DNA of 52,981 bases, filler included, from Sphacelaria rigidula (Eukaryota): assembly GCA_964200075.2 (NCBI GenBank). It is 3 parts of 3 records of this genome, joined end to end, with 100 filler letters (N's around TTAATTAATTAA, not from the genome) between each part and the next. Parts side by side here need not be neighbours in the genome. Positions count along the whole stretch, not along the records: positions 1 to 17,596 come from CAXNAA020001033.1; positions 17,697 to 35,292 come from CAXNAA020001034.1; 1 more part is not named here. The stretch is one strand, 5' to 3'. A model generated the notes under the pieces. That model was given only the letters and a program-made list of their open reading frames with translations, made no database searches and was not told the origin of the DNA. The stretch's first letter is position 1, and every line of letters starts with the position of its first letter. Below, piece after piece: positions 13,501-25,560 of the stretch. Position numbers and translations under genes: made by a program.

Positions 13501-16500
13501 CGTGTGTCAAAGTACCATGTGTCTGTCGTCAATGCACGGTAACGCATTATGTCGGCATCCATTTACACTTTCAAGTGTCATTAAATATGATGTTTCACGT
13601 TCGCTGTCGTGCTACAGTACAACATCTACTTCGTGCCGCTACAAGATGTTGAGGCATTGTGCCGCGCCTCGGTGATCGACGTTCACGTTCACGCTGACGT
13701 GGTGTGATGTGATGTGATGTGACGTTAACTGTTGGTATCAGGCAACCACGGCATCATCGCGTCCAAACGCTGCGATCATGTCTACGTCACCAACAACCAC
13801 GTGTATGACGGATTCAACACCGGCCTTTTCCTGCACCGTAGCTCCGACTACGCCATCGTGACTGGCAATCACGTGCATAGTAACGGAGACGCGGGTTTGG
13901 CGGTACTTGAGTCATTCTACATGGAAATCTCCGACAACGTGTTCAAGAACAATCTCTACGGGATTCGGTTTTCCGTTGGGGCTGGGTACAACTGGGTGAG
14001 TCAGTCCTTGAGAAGCTGAGTGCTTGTGTGCTTGAGTCGATGTTCTCGGCAACAATGATGGATGAAGTGCAGGATGTGTGCCTACTATTGAATGAAAGAA
14101 CGGTAGTATAGGTAACAGCACCACCCCATGAAGGCCTTATCAACGCAACAGCGGGTGCCAGTTCAACGTCCGGGAAACTTTTGCCGGCAGCTTCTCGTTC
14201 AGCGAATGTAATTTTTTCACTTCTTCTTGATGCAAAACTGCAAGTAGCTAACTCTTGTGTTCATCAGACTCTGTGGTCCAACGGAATCAGCCGTTTGCCA
14301 GCTTATCAGCATCGCAGCATGGCAGCATCACACCATCACCAGGTCATTCGTTCCTTTCCATGAAATCTACACAAAAAAATGACGATGAGCAACACGTATC
14401 AACTGACAACTAGAGCTCCTAAAGGCGCCAGCCACCTACTTGACCCTCTTGATATATTTGACATGTTTGCCAGTTCTTGTCTTCGGTGGCTCAAAAATAT
14501 GCAGAGGTATCCTGCAAGCTCTCTCGTCTAGATTCGCAGATTGGGTGGCCAACGAGCTTTTGTTCATTGGTATACTCAGGAAGGGAGTTGGTACCCTTGC
14601 TACGTGTCGGAAGTAGATGCTTTCAATCAGGGGCAGCATTAGGCGGCGTGCGTCAGTCGTATGTCACGGCATGGGCCGATTGGCGATGTCTGTGGTGTGT
14701 AATACTAAAGCGCCTGACAAGGCCGTCGTGTCTGTCACGTTCCGAGTTTGACGCTCTCTCATGTAATATGCCATTTTATACTCTCCGCAGTGTTGCCACC
14801 AATGCTCTTGAACGAGCAGCGTTGATCGTGATCTGACATTGTAATTCTGCACACTCGGGACAATGGACACAATAATAGTCTATTGCTCCAGCAATAGACA
14901 GGGGAAAATCTATGGATATATTCATCTTGTATAACACGATAGATGGTGAAACTCATCTATTGATATGTATTGCAGGGGACAAGAGGTGTTGCAATAGTCG
15001 ATCGACAGCCTTTGGCGAATGCAATAGATGAAGATAACTCGCCATCGATGGAAATCGTGTACCGCAATACATTATGGGGTGTATATACCGATAGGCATTG
15101 CCGTCATCAATAGGTTTTGGTGAGCCATCCATCGATAGGCATTGCTGTTATCAATATATTTGTTGAGCCGTCTATAAACACCAATAACAGTTATCAATAG
15201 ATTTCGCGAGCCGTCTATCGGTGGCCTCTGCCGCCAACAATACATTTTTGGGTATCTATCAATGTGGCAAGTGTCGTCAATAATCGACTGTTCTCGGGAG
15301 CACCTGCCGATGGCCAGTGACGCCAACGATGGGTTTTGAGAGTATATGTTGCTCACTGCAGTGGTCTTATGACATCAACGGCAATCCCCCTCACACATAA
15401 AAAAACAAGTCATTGGTCGGCTACAAAACAAAAATGGCTTTTTCGAACACGCAACTGCCTGAGGCGATAGCTGGCCATGGCTTCTGTGTAAAATGGTGGA
15501 AACATACATGGAAAATGTGCATACATGGCGCTAGTGATCGACGCCATTCAGCTACTTTCGTGGTCAGCGATAGATATTGGTGGCCGCGATTCATATTGCA
15601 TCGTGACCAGCGATGTACATTGGTGGCCGCGATTCAGATGATATTGTGACGCTCAATAGACATTGGTGCATTGGTGGGCGCAATTTAGATCTTATTGTGA
15701 CCAACATGTATTGGTGGTCGCGTGGCAAATCCTATTGTGATTAGCAATAGACGTTGATGGCCGCAGTTTTAGAGCCTAATGCAACAAATAACATGTATCT
15801 ATATATAACTTGGCCCCTCGAATGTCACGGCAACGATACATTATGTCTCTTGTCCCGAATCTATTGTCGCCTACAATAGCTATCGATAGACATTGATGCC
15901 AGTCGATTATGGCTGACAATGAACATTGACAGTCAATCTTCGGGGCTATTGCAGCGCCAATGGTCTACTACATAGTCTTTTGTCCAGAGTATAAGCACAT
16001 CTCACCCACACACAAGAGTACTGTGAGCGCTCATGCCCTTCAGAGGGACAACCACAAGTACCAACACCACACCAACAACACAACTCTTTAACTTTTTCCA
16101 AACGGATTGCGGGTTCCTACAAAATACAAGCGCTCCAAAATTGTAGAAACGTGATGTCATATTTTCACAAGTAGTATCATCATACACCCACTGCATGTCC
16201 ACCTGCGGCTTCTCTACCGTACTCGAACGGAGTATAGTATACTTTACGCGTAGTATATTGCAATGTAGGTATGGCAATAGACGACAGAAGATATTTATCG
16301 GTAATTTAGGCATTGCATTCCACAGTAGATTCTGGTATTTGATTTTGATTGTTTTATTCATTGATTGTCGCACTTTAACTGACCACCCATGGGTCCAGCC
16401 GTGGTTGTATGATGGAGGTACAGTAACCAAGAAAAGCAATACTGAAACACTCGCTCATCATATGCTATTATCTATGAATATTCATTGCCACCATGCATAC

Positions 16501-17119
16501 ATTTTGTACGCAATCTAGCAATAGCGATTGCCGCCATCAATATATTTGGTATACAATCTGTCAATAGCTATCGTCGTCATCAATAAATTTAGTACGTGGT
16601 CTATCGATAGCCATTGCCGTCATATCAATAGATTGGAAAACTATCGATCGATACATTTGATCGGCCACAGGAGATTTCGGAGTAGGATCACAGCAGACTG
16701 CAGCCCGAACAAAGGTGTGAGAAACTGGTCTATCGATAGACATTGCCGACGACAAAAGAAAGAGATACTTGCCGATCGAAGGCCATTACGGACGATAATA
16801 ATGGCATCTACTGCAGCAGATTGTACTGCTTTTGCAACAGATGCCGTCCATTGTCCAGGGTGTGAATTCTGTGCTGGGTGCTGCAAATAGCGCGAAATGT
16901 AGACTCCAGCAGTCTTGGGCAACATGTCGTCCCTCGTGCCTCGTAACCTTCTTGGTGCTGTACCGTGTAAGCTGTACCGTGTAAGCTGTACCGTGTAAGC
17001 TGTACCGTGTAAGGTGTTTGCTGTAACCGTGCTCCTGCGTCATGCTCGTTTTCTCCGTCTCTGCTCGCAGATTCACGACAACATCGTAGACAGGTCTTCA
17101 AAGTACAACTTATTCACAT
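1529..17119 (+). CDS. Mannuronan C-5 epimerase (brown-algal MC5E, AlgG-like right-handed beta-helix); partial, 5' exon(s) and C-terminal exons not found in this contig
   Basis: Twelve GT-AG exons join in frame: 1529-1676, 2687-2796, 5302-5372, 5721-5834, 6784-6906, 9175-9267, 9856-9949, 11035-11050, 11586-11629, 12614-12691, 13742-13995, 17071-17119. The spliced product includes VRYASTTKRIYVE, GGCVTLTDIY, WLLTEELYITDGVTLQVHGTAVGGDCDELRLLS, NLRAHGGSL, GRSYISAVSEV, MGEARMDVIDSEIGYLG, ESYGLVWKVRGFC, VYGNIINSDIHHNYFGMYSYGHQGG, YGFDPHDDSDYL, GNHGIIASKRC and GLFLHRSSD. These match MC5E/AlgG motifs, including the catalytic DPHD. Confidence 0.93.
3195..3388. repeat. Two-copy imperfect tandem repeat (period about 103 bp) in an MC5E intron
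   Basis: ccacccacccgggttacat...gaccgctcaagtcgtggtt starts at both 3195 and 3298. Confidence 0.85.
3983..4027. repeat. 9-bp minisatellite (ATCGGTCAT)n
   Basis: About 5 direct copies are visible. Confidence 0.9.
8283..8812. mobile_element. MITE-like element (530 bp) with 17-bp TIRs and TA flanks (Tc1/mariner-type signature)
   Basis: Left end is cctcaagttcaaagtag (8283-8299). The reverse complement of 8796-8812 is cctcaagttcgaagtag (1 mismatch). TA lies immediately outside both ends (8281-8282, 8813-8814). No transposase inside. Confidence 0.7.
10762..10799. repeat. (GGAAT)n pentanucleotide microsatellite
   Basis: About 7 direct copies. Confidence 0.9.
12252..12411. repeat. Perfect 80-bp tandem duplication (intronic)
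   Basis: 12252-12331 is repeated identically at 12332-12411. Confidence 0.95.
14850..16864. mobile_element. Non-autonomous TIR DNA transposon (2015 bp) with a 7-bp target-site duplication, inside an MC5E intron
   Basis: Left TIR is cacactcgggacaatggac (14850-14868). The reverse complement of 16846-16864 is cacaccctggacaatggac (17/19). Direct repeat aattctg at 14843-14849 and 16865-16871. The interior is rich in CAATAG/CTATTG/ATCGAT motifs. Confidence 0.85.
16957..17012. repeat. 14-bp minisatellite (GCTGTACCGTGTAA) x4
   Basis: Four direct copies upstream of the exon at 17071. Confidence 0.9.
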
Positions 17120-17596
17120 GTGAGTTTTCGTTGATTGAACATACACCTCATGGTCACATGATCGCTATATCGGTCAGTCCTCCAGCATGGCGATAGCTAC
17201 TGCACCATCAACTGTCTCTGTGCTTCACTGCCTGCTGGATGTGCTTCATAAAATGCGGCACGTGTTTTTTCTCCGGAACGTCTCGATGTCGAACCGTTTC
17301 CGGTCCAGGTGCAAGCTATCTTGGCTCCAGGCACCCCGGGGTTGGTGGACATGTTAGTTTGTAGAGTATTCTTAAGTCGAATGCCCTTTGCCGTGTTGTG
17401 TTTCATTTCACTGTAGTGAAAATCAAACGTTGTACGTGAAGGTGACCATGTCACGGTACGCAGGACTTGTCCCGACGAGGAGGCTTGGTGGTATGAGTAC
17501 GACTAAGAGAGGGGGGGGGGGGGGGCGCTTTTAAACCACGACACCCACTTCGCTACTGGTGTAACCCCCTACGTTAAGGGGGCTTCCTGTTGTTCA

Positions 17597-17696
17597 NNNN
17601 NNNNNNNNNNNNNNNNNNNNNNNNNNNNNNNNNNNNNNNNTTAATTAATTAANNNNNNNNNNNNNNNNNNNNNNNNNNNNNNNNNNNNNNNNNNNN
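17597..17696. other. Artificial contig-join spacer (N44-TTAATTAATTAA-N44)
   Basis: A 100-nt block with a palindromic core that has stop codons in all six frames. An identical block sits at 35293-35392. Confidence 0.95.
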
Positions 17697-20600
17697 GCCC
17701 TTGTCCCCTGGTCATCATCCAGGATCCTACATGCTACATTTACTACGCCTTGGTGTATTTTGGCTACAGACCGTGCGCATAGCTTCATATGCAGTACATC
17801 CAGTCAAACGATACTCCCGACAACTTGGTTTGTCCATTATCATGCCGCCCCCCAAATATGTAGCACACTCAATCTGCACCAAACTGTACCCGATCTGTTC
17901 CTAATTCACATGCACAAGGACTCAGTTCGGCAATATACTATCAGCCCCCCTTGCTGAAGCTTGGCCCTTGTCACAACATCATCACGCAGAAAAAACGTAG
18001 TCCCCTCCCAATAAAATTCAAACAATGCTCATAACGTAATTACTGTGAAGATAAAAAACACTTGGCAATGTAAAAGGCCACACTTGTCAAGAAAACGATA
18101 CGTCTTACATTACACGCCCTCCTAATGCGATATCCCTTTCCCATTCGCGGGAGCATATTCTATCAGATTTCAAGCCATATTTCTTCCGTAACCCATCACA
18201 AAATAATATTCTCAAATCCAAGTTCAGTACATCAAATCAACAAAAAAGAACCCGCCGTGTGTCATGATTCATCGGAAGGTCCATATCATCAAATCCACCG
18301 ATCCCCTGACCTCTTTCGTGACCATCGCACTTGGTTGGAAACACTTGCATTCATGTCGAAAACCAAACTCAGAAAAAGGAATAATTCAAACTACGTTGCC
18401 ATCTCGATGATACTGAAAACCGAGGATGAAAAAATGTAACTCGAACTGGACTACAGTGGCACATGCATGAACAGTCCACTAGGTGATGCAGTACGATACA
18501 ATTCAAAAGGCTCGGACCGAAATCCCTCCGAAAAATCAAAGTCACAAACCTGAATGTTCAAGCGTTTTTGACCTGCGCCAGCTACCTCCACGCAGAGTGA
18601 TCCTCAACAAATCCTAAAATGCCTAATGAAGCACGCCCACCATTGACGTACTGCTAGTCTGACATATCTTGCCGAATAAATCACTGTAGCCAGGTAGTAA
18701 TCGCATAAATACGTCCTCATTGAACAGCGGTGGGTCTAGGACTTCAGTCAGAACTAAAATGACTCAAAACACGAATCTACTGACAAGCTTGAGCTGTCAA
18801 TGAACGAACACATAAAATGGCCACATTCGGAGTGTGCTATTCTCCAAAACCTACCTCCGTCCTCTGCATCTCTCCTGAGGTCAAAAGCGTTGACTCCACC
18901 TCCGTGCTCCATTCCAATTCATCGGCTCCCCGTAACCCCATGTCATCCCGGTGCCCCCTTGCTCCATACTTGACCGCATGGGGACGCCTACTCGCCCCCC
19001 TGCTGCATTCGACCGGCAACAACGACGCCACGCGTGGAAAGGTGTTGCCGACAGAGTCAGTGGCATCGGCATCAGCAGCGACAGCGGCGTTTGTCTTGTT
19101 TGCGGTGTTACTGGGCAGAGTTGGTGTGCGTCCCCGCCCCCCTGCTCTATCCGCTCGGCACCGATGATGTGGTGGCGGTGGTACAGTATGGTATGATGGT
19201 GTCAGCGCGGCGGTGCGTCGTGGCGGCTGCGAGGCAGTGTGGTGGGGTCGCGGCGGCGGGACAGTATAGCGTGATGGTGGCGACGCGGCGGTATAATGAG
19301 ACGGCGGCGAATGAACAATAGGGGTATAACGGCGGCGACGCGACTGGATAAATAAGCAGTGGATGCGATGCTATCGGCACGATAGGTGGTAGCGGCGGTA
19401 CAGTATGGTGTGATGGAAATGATGGTGTCGGCGAAGGCTTGGATTTTATCCCGTGAATCAGCGGCTGCGGGGATGCCGGCGGGTCGGCGACGGTGCTAGC
19501 TTTATTACTCCGCCCTTCGGGCGAGCAGCATCGACGGTGGTTGCAGAAGCTGCATACGTGGAACAACTCGCATAAAAGGTATATCGCTTGCCGAGGAAGC
19601 GGACCGGAAACCAACATCTGGGGGGTCAGGCATAACGCCTCTAGCGGAAGCGGGCTGGACAGGGACGCCGAGGAGGGAGGAAGACACAACGCCTTCGGCG
19701 GAGATATTGCGTGAGCCAACACTGGAGGGACAGTAAGAAACATATCTTTCCTTACTCGGGGGTTCAATATAAAAATCAAGTTCCTTTCTACGTGAACGAG
19801 ACGCTACAGTAGCCGTAGACGCATCATGCGACGGTAAAGACTGCACAGTAGGACGCAAGGAATCAGACTCAGTGGAATCAGGAGAAACTCTACAGTAGTA
19901 GGGAGATCAGACTTCACCGTAGAGGGCGAGGAATGACACTCATCGAAAATAGGTCGGGCATTTGTCGGTGAAGACTCTACCGGAAAACGCGAGGAATCAG
20001 ACCCAGCGGAAACGGGGTATCTCTACAGTAGTAGGGGGCTCAGACTTCACAGTAGAGGGCGAGAAACCAGACTCATCGAGACCAGGGGGGAGCTCTACAG
20101 TAGCAGGGGGATCAGACTCTATAGTGACATTTTCTACGATAGCCCCCCCCTAAAACCAGCGAGCCTGGTCCGGCGAAAACCCGGCGTGCTCCGTCCCGGC
20201 TTTGTAGGGATGCGAGGTCAATGGTCTTATGACTATGGCATCCATGATTATGAGTACACCGCCCCTGAAACCAGCCCAAAAGTGTGACGAAAAATGGCCA
20301 TACAGCGCCTGATGTTTGGGTTCAGGCTGAATGATTCGTCTCATACTGGCGACATTTGCGAGAACGAACCCAAGCGTGGGAATTCCCAGCTGCTCGTTGT
20401 GCTTGGCTTTTCCCCTTTCGATTTACGTTTAGATTTTGCCTCCCCAAACCATGCACTTTTGGGGGGGAGGCTATCGTAGAACGTGTCCAGTAGAGGGCGA
20501 GGAATCAGACTAATCGAAAACAGGCCGGGGAGATCCGTCCCAGGGGGGAATACTGTTGTGGTTACGTACCCGTACAATGTTGTGGGCCCTTTTCCCGCCC

Positions 20601-20716
20601 ATATAACTATCCTGCTTTGTTTCCGGAAAAAACCCTGAGTTGCTCAATCGATCTCTGTTAACTGTATTAGTGTGCACAGGATTGCCCTGTGAACCAGTAG
20701 TATAAAAGTGCAAAGT

Positions 20717-20754
<38 letters not shown>

Positions 20755-21380
20755 GTATTCAGCGATGGTGTTTCGTTTCGCCGCTTCGACCAACTCTCTC
20801 TGCATGGCTTCCATCAGTCGTAACTGCTCGGTCAGCAAATCTTCGGTACTTACTTCATTCGGGGTATCCATTGCTTACCTGTCACTTAACTGTCTCTTGG
20901 ATTCTTGCTGCTGGTAGTCAATCCTCACGCGAGTTCTATGCTCCAACGTTCAATCACCCCCTGTGCAATCAAGTGTGTTCCCCGTGGGGGCACGTAGTCG
21001 GTATAACTCTTCAACTGTACGGTGTCTTTCCACGAAGCTATCTTATCGCTAGCGTTATCGAAGGCCTCTTGAAGAAGGTGCTCAGTACACGGGGAAAACG
21101 ATACTCTCTTCTTATATTACTCCCTTTCACTCTTCTCCACTTCCCAAGCACACACCATGCAAGCTCCGCTAGAGCTGAATATGCACCCGGAAAAAAAGTG
21201 AGCAAGGTTGGGGACGACCGTACGCATAGCTTTATTTGCGGTACACCCAGTGATACTATGCTCAGGACTACTTGATTGGTCCATTATCATGCTGACCCCC
21301 AAATCCATAGCACACTCAATTTGCACCAAACTATACCCGATCTCGTCCTAGTTCGCGTGTACAGGGACAAGTGTGTACTT
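17697..21380 (-). mobile_element. Degenerate Ty1/Copia LTR retrotransposon remnant
   Basis: Diverged direct repeats at 17769-17921 and 21216-21368 look like an LTR pair. On the minus strand a purine tract AAGGGGGG then C-TGATAG at about 17952-17938 fits a PPT plus LTR start. Broken pol peptides NEDVFMRLLPGYSDLFGKIC (18662-18721, RT-like) and YLHSNYVMSIV* (18018-18053, RNase H end-like) are present. A gag-like start MDTPNEVSTEDLL lies at 20871. Many stops and frameshifts. Confidence 0.7.
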
Positions 21381-21514
21381 TTGATGAGGAGAGCATTTGT
21401 ACGCAATCCGTTGCTTGCAACAACGCTTCAAAGCGACTCCTTCGCGTAAGAAGAGGCCCAAAACGCCCTCCCCCTGTCGTAGAATGACTCCAAAGTAACT
21501 CCTTCATGGAAGAA

Positions 21515-21553
<39 letters not shown>

Positions 21554-21689
21554 CACCCCCCCCCCCCCCCCACACCCCCCCCACCACCACACAACCNNNN
21601 NNNNNNCTGCGAAGAAGAGGGCCGAAACCCCCCCCCCTCGTCGGAGAAGGGCTCCATGGTAACCCCGCTCGGAAAGAAAGGCCCCCCCC

Positions 21690-23147
21690 CCCCCCCCCTA
21701 TCGTAGGATGGCTTCTCAATTCAACGTCCCTCAAGAACTGTTGACAATGTTCTATCGGAAGCAGAGTGGTATCACCGCAGGGGTGCACAAAATATTTCTC
21801 TCTTTACTTTGGAAGCCCCTCGATGAAAAGCGTGTGTGCCCGTAACGTCGACGCTACGATCAGGAGGCCAGTACATGTGCTTTTTTTTAAACCCACAGCT
21901 GGGATATTTCAATAGAACGGTTTTTTGCAGGCAGTATAGAAGTTTCTTCGTCAGCAGTTCGACGTTGAAATTCGTTTTCACGGCGTGGGGGAGGCATATT
22001 CCGTCACCAGCGATACTGAGAAACAAGTTGTATCTCAGCGAACACGGTGTGCACAATGCTAGGGTCGTTGCGTCTGATTGATCTCTCCAGCTGGACAAAA
22101 GGGCTTGCCATGGCAAATACGAAGAATCAAGGCACATCTTGTGAATGAGGTGCACCCGTAATCGCGCTGTCGGTTCAAGTCATAAGTATCTCGAACAGCT
22201 TTCGCGTATTGAGAAGCGCTCGACGTTTTGACCTTCCCTCTCGCGCCTGTAGGATGAACAACACTGTTGGTAAACGCCAGAACGGTTTTAACTTGCAAGC
22301 ACAGCAGTAGGAACAGGAACAAGCTTTCGCCAACGCTCTTCAAGCTAGGAGTACAGAAGGACCACGATTCGTTGCAGGTGGGTACAGTACATGGAGAGGA
22401 GGGCGCATGAATCTTGAATCCTACACTGCACGAGTCTCCGTCAGCTTTCCTGTGGAATTTTGATGTCGAAGCTGAGCAATGTATGGTAAATGCGGGCTGT
22501 CGGACACTGTCAAACTGGACAGAAAAAACTCGCCGGTCACTTGGTAATCCTGGCCTGTTCTGTCGAAGCTTACGTATATCTGAAGTGGTATGATGCGTAT
22601 TTCTGACCGGTGATGATACTTATTTCTGCAAAGTAATTTGCTGTCTAAGGGTCATTCTTGACGTCGAAAATGTTATTTTACCCCTCCTCAGGTTTTTACG
22701 CTTCTTCGTACACATTTTCCATATTGAATGAGTCCAACTTGGAAACATGAGTGACTTTCATTCGTCGGCCACGTTGATCGTTTCCATTTCGAAATCTAGA
22801 AATTGAGCACCACCGAAAATCAAGACATCCCCGGTGTCGCGTCCAAGCAGTGGGCAATCCAAGAAGCTGAGGCCAATCGAGTGACGTAAGATAGCAAGCT
22901 AGATGAAGTCTACATGCACCACAATGAGAACATCTGCCGTCTATGGCGCATGCGAACGCCGCTTCGATGGTTGTTGGACACAAGACACACAGCCGTGAGC
23001 AACGGCCGCAAGTGAAACAGGCTTTAGAGGCCAGGAGAGGGATTTCAGACCGAGCTGGCAATGAAGAGGGTGAGATTGAGGATGATGATGATGATGATGA
23101 TAATAATGATAGTGACGATGATGATGATGATGATGATGATGATGAGG

Positions 23148-23198
<51 letters not shown>

Positions 23199-25351
23199 TT
23201 GTTGTTGTGATGATGATGATGATGATGAAAGTAGTGCCGATGTGCGAAGAGAAGGGTAGCAAAGAATGGGGAGCGTCACCCCCGGTCTAGCCGCACAGCA
23301 GTGCACCTCGTTAACGACAGGGTATATGGTCCGCGGCACGTCGTCAACAAGGAATCATCTTTCTACTGAGCATAGTAGTAACGTAGAGGTAGATGTGTCG
23401 ATTGAGAAATACCATGCGTAAGCAGACCAATGCGTAAGGATGTGGTATGTCGAGACTTTTCTTACTCGAAAAGGCTTCTGGAGCAGAAAATATCCACCAA
23501 AAGCGCTGCGTAATTGCAGCAGGAGGTTATCTAAGTAAAGGCCTACTTGGACTTTGCGGCGTTTGAGCTACTGCTTGAAGGGATGATGTCATCCGGTCCC
23601 TATCTCCTGCCATAGATCGTGACATGAACACTTCCACCTGAAAGGAAAGACACGCCCATGGGCTTCGATAAGAATTTGATCTGAGCATCCTCTTACCGTC
23701 AGATGGAATTCCTGCTCACGCCAAGTACGAAAAACAAGCACGACATCACTCATTACTTTAGAGAACCGCTTTGTGGAGCATCATCGATCTGGCGTGAATT
23801 GGGCAATTGGGAGAAACAGATTTTGATCCAAGGACATCTATGTCCACGCGTCGATGGATTCTTCGAGTGCTACTACCTTATGAAAGGAACGTCGTCTCCA
23901 GGACGTCCTCAGGTGCACAATTAGGGATACCGCAGTATGTCAGGACGGACTGCTTTCGCTCAACTAAGCCCAGTACTATATTCAATGTACACGAACAAAC
24001 CCAGCATTACCCTGATGGTAATTTTCGCACTCTCAAATACATTCTCGACGCTGATGGGCTGAAGGTGAACCTACTCACGGGTACAGAAAATTATACGCGG
24101 CGAACAAGCACGGGGTCGTCGTATATCCTGCACACTCGACCAAGAAATGATCGCCACAGGGGAAGAGCTATTCATACACGTCGAGAACAGCATATTTACG
24201 CATACGAAGCCAGGTTCGACCATCACAGCGTGCGCATGATACCAACTCCCGTTACGGACAATGTACCTACAGGTTCCTTGGTCATAACGGCATGGACCAC
24301 CTCCAAGCCTCATGCGCTGGGAGTGCGGTTGCCTATCAAGTACTTCGAAAATGTGAACAAAATCCCAAGCTAGCAATTCTGCGTACAGGGTGCATTTGTG
24401 TGAGTGCAACCAACAACTTCCCCCATTAGATTGAATGCTATGGCGGAATCGTTGCGCTCTCGTTCGTTGGAGTTGACTTTGTAGCCTCTGCTGTCAAGGC
24501 TGCTAGCGCCGCCACAATACCGCTTCCCGGTTGGTTTCTCTCTGGTGCTGCTCCGTCGACCAACCCCAATGCCTGGCTCGAGGATCATGAAGGGTATAAC
24601 AGTCAACAAGGACAGGACGGGAGCAGCGCACCCGTGTGCGTCATAAACTCCAGGCCGACATGGGGAACAGGGTTTGAAGCAGTGAGGAACAAGATCTGTC
24701 TCGCGGTCGGTACAAGCGCTGTATGTCCCCGCACGTTTCTACATTTCATTTGCGCAAGCCTATCATATACACCTTCTTAAGATTACTCGTAGCCTGGGAT
24801 CCAGACACTTGAGTCCCCGACGCTGATATTGTGTGACTAGGAGGTGGGGGAGGGGGAAGGGCAGATCCGGCTAATCCCTGGGCTTTCCAGTACAAAACTC
24901 GTGCTCTCTATGCCCACCTACTTGGTTTTATTATAGTGTCTCGAGTTTGATACAACTCGGGTGAAGTTTAGAACACCAACATTTGGTATGGTGGTACGTT
25001 GTCCCTTGCTCTTGGTGTGGTTATAGAAAACACTTGGTAGAAATATAGCGTTCACAAACACTCATTCTCGGTGCGACATCAATCATTACGCGGTGCTCGT
25101 GTAGTATGTTATCACATTACGTGATCTCAGTTGAGTTTCACGAAGTACTTTGTTGCGGTTTGTTTGTTGTGAAGGTCTTAATTGAAACAAAACCAGCGTG
25201 ATTTAATTGAAATATAGATTCAGTGGCTACTTGATTTTGTGCGGCACTTTAAATATGAGGGAGTTTCGGAAACGCGTTCCGTTATTGCCAATCCAGCTTT
25301 TGTGGAGTCAACACGTTTGAAGAGTCATCTTACGATAGGGGGGGGGGGGGG
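21690..25351 (-). mobile_element. Decayed DNA-transposon-like segment, possibly KDZ (Kyakuja-Dileera-Zisupton)/CxC type
   Basis: Bounded by inverted motifs: C-run+TATCGTAGGATGGCTTCTCAA at about 21690-21719 and TTGAAGAGTCATCTTACGATA+G-run at 25317-25351. Minus-strand Cys-rich frame fragments include PCTVPTCNESW, SQYAKAVRDTY and LCTPCSLRYNLFLSIAGDGICL. The family assignment rests on motif resemblance only. Confidence 0.35.
23081..23228. repeat. (GAT)n trinucleotide microsatellite
   Basis: A long interrupted GAT run. It is the source of the poly-D/S/H ORFs in the track. Confidence 0.95.
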
Positions 25352-25560
25352 TATTTGATTGCACGAAAAAAAGGCTCAAAAGTGTGTCAGACGACCTGCC
25401 ACACTCGCGGTGCGCTTGCATTTGGTTCAAAACGCTGTCGATCGGTATGAACTAGCGTTATATATCTACGACAAGCTTGTTCGAGCAACCGTTGCCCCTT
25501 TCAAGGACGATTTGAATTGGAATTTCGTGCAAGAAGTGACCCAAAATACTCCCCCCCCCC
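25338..25560 (+). repeat. Dispersed repeat bounded by a G-run and a C-run (copy 1)
   Basis: Shares gtgtgtcagacgacc..acactcgcggtg.gcttg and gttcgaRcaaccgttgc..ctttcaa.gacgatttg..tgga.tttcgtg.aagaa with 35461-35673. A partial inverted piece (gaaagcagcaacagttgttcaaacgc) lies at 8240-8265. Confidence 0.85.

Noticed and set aside
15555..15790. CRISPR-like array
   Set aside because: The units are degenerate along their whole length with no unique spacers. There are no cas genes and the context is a eukaryotic intron.
22696..23339. Poly-Asp / poly-His / poly-Ser ORFs
   Set aside because: They are by-products of a (GAT)n microsatellite.
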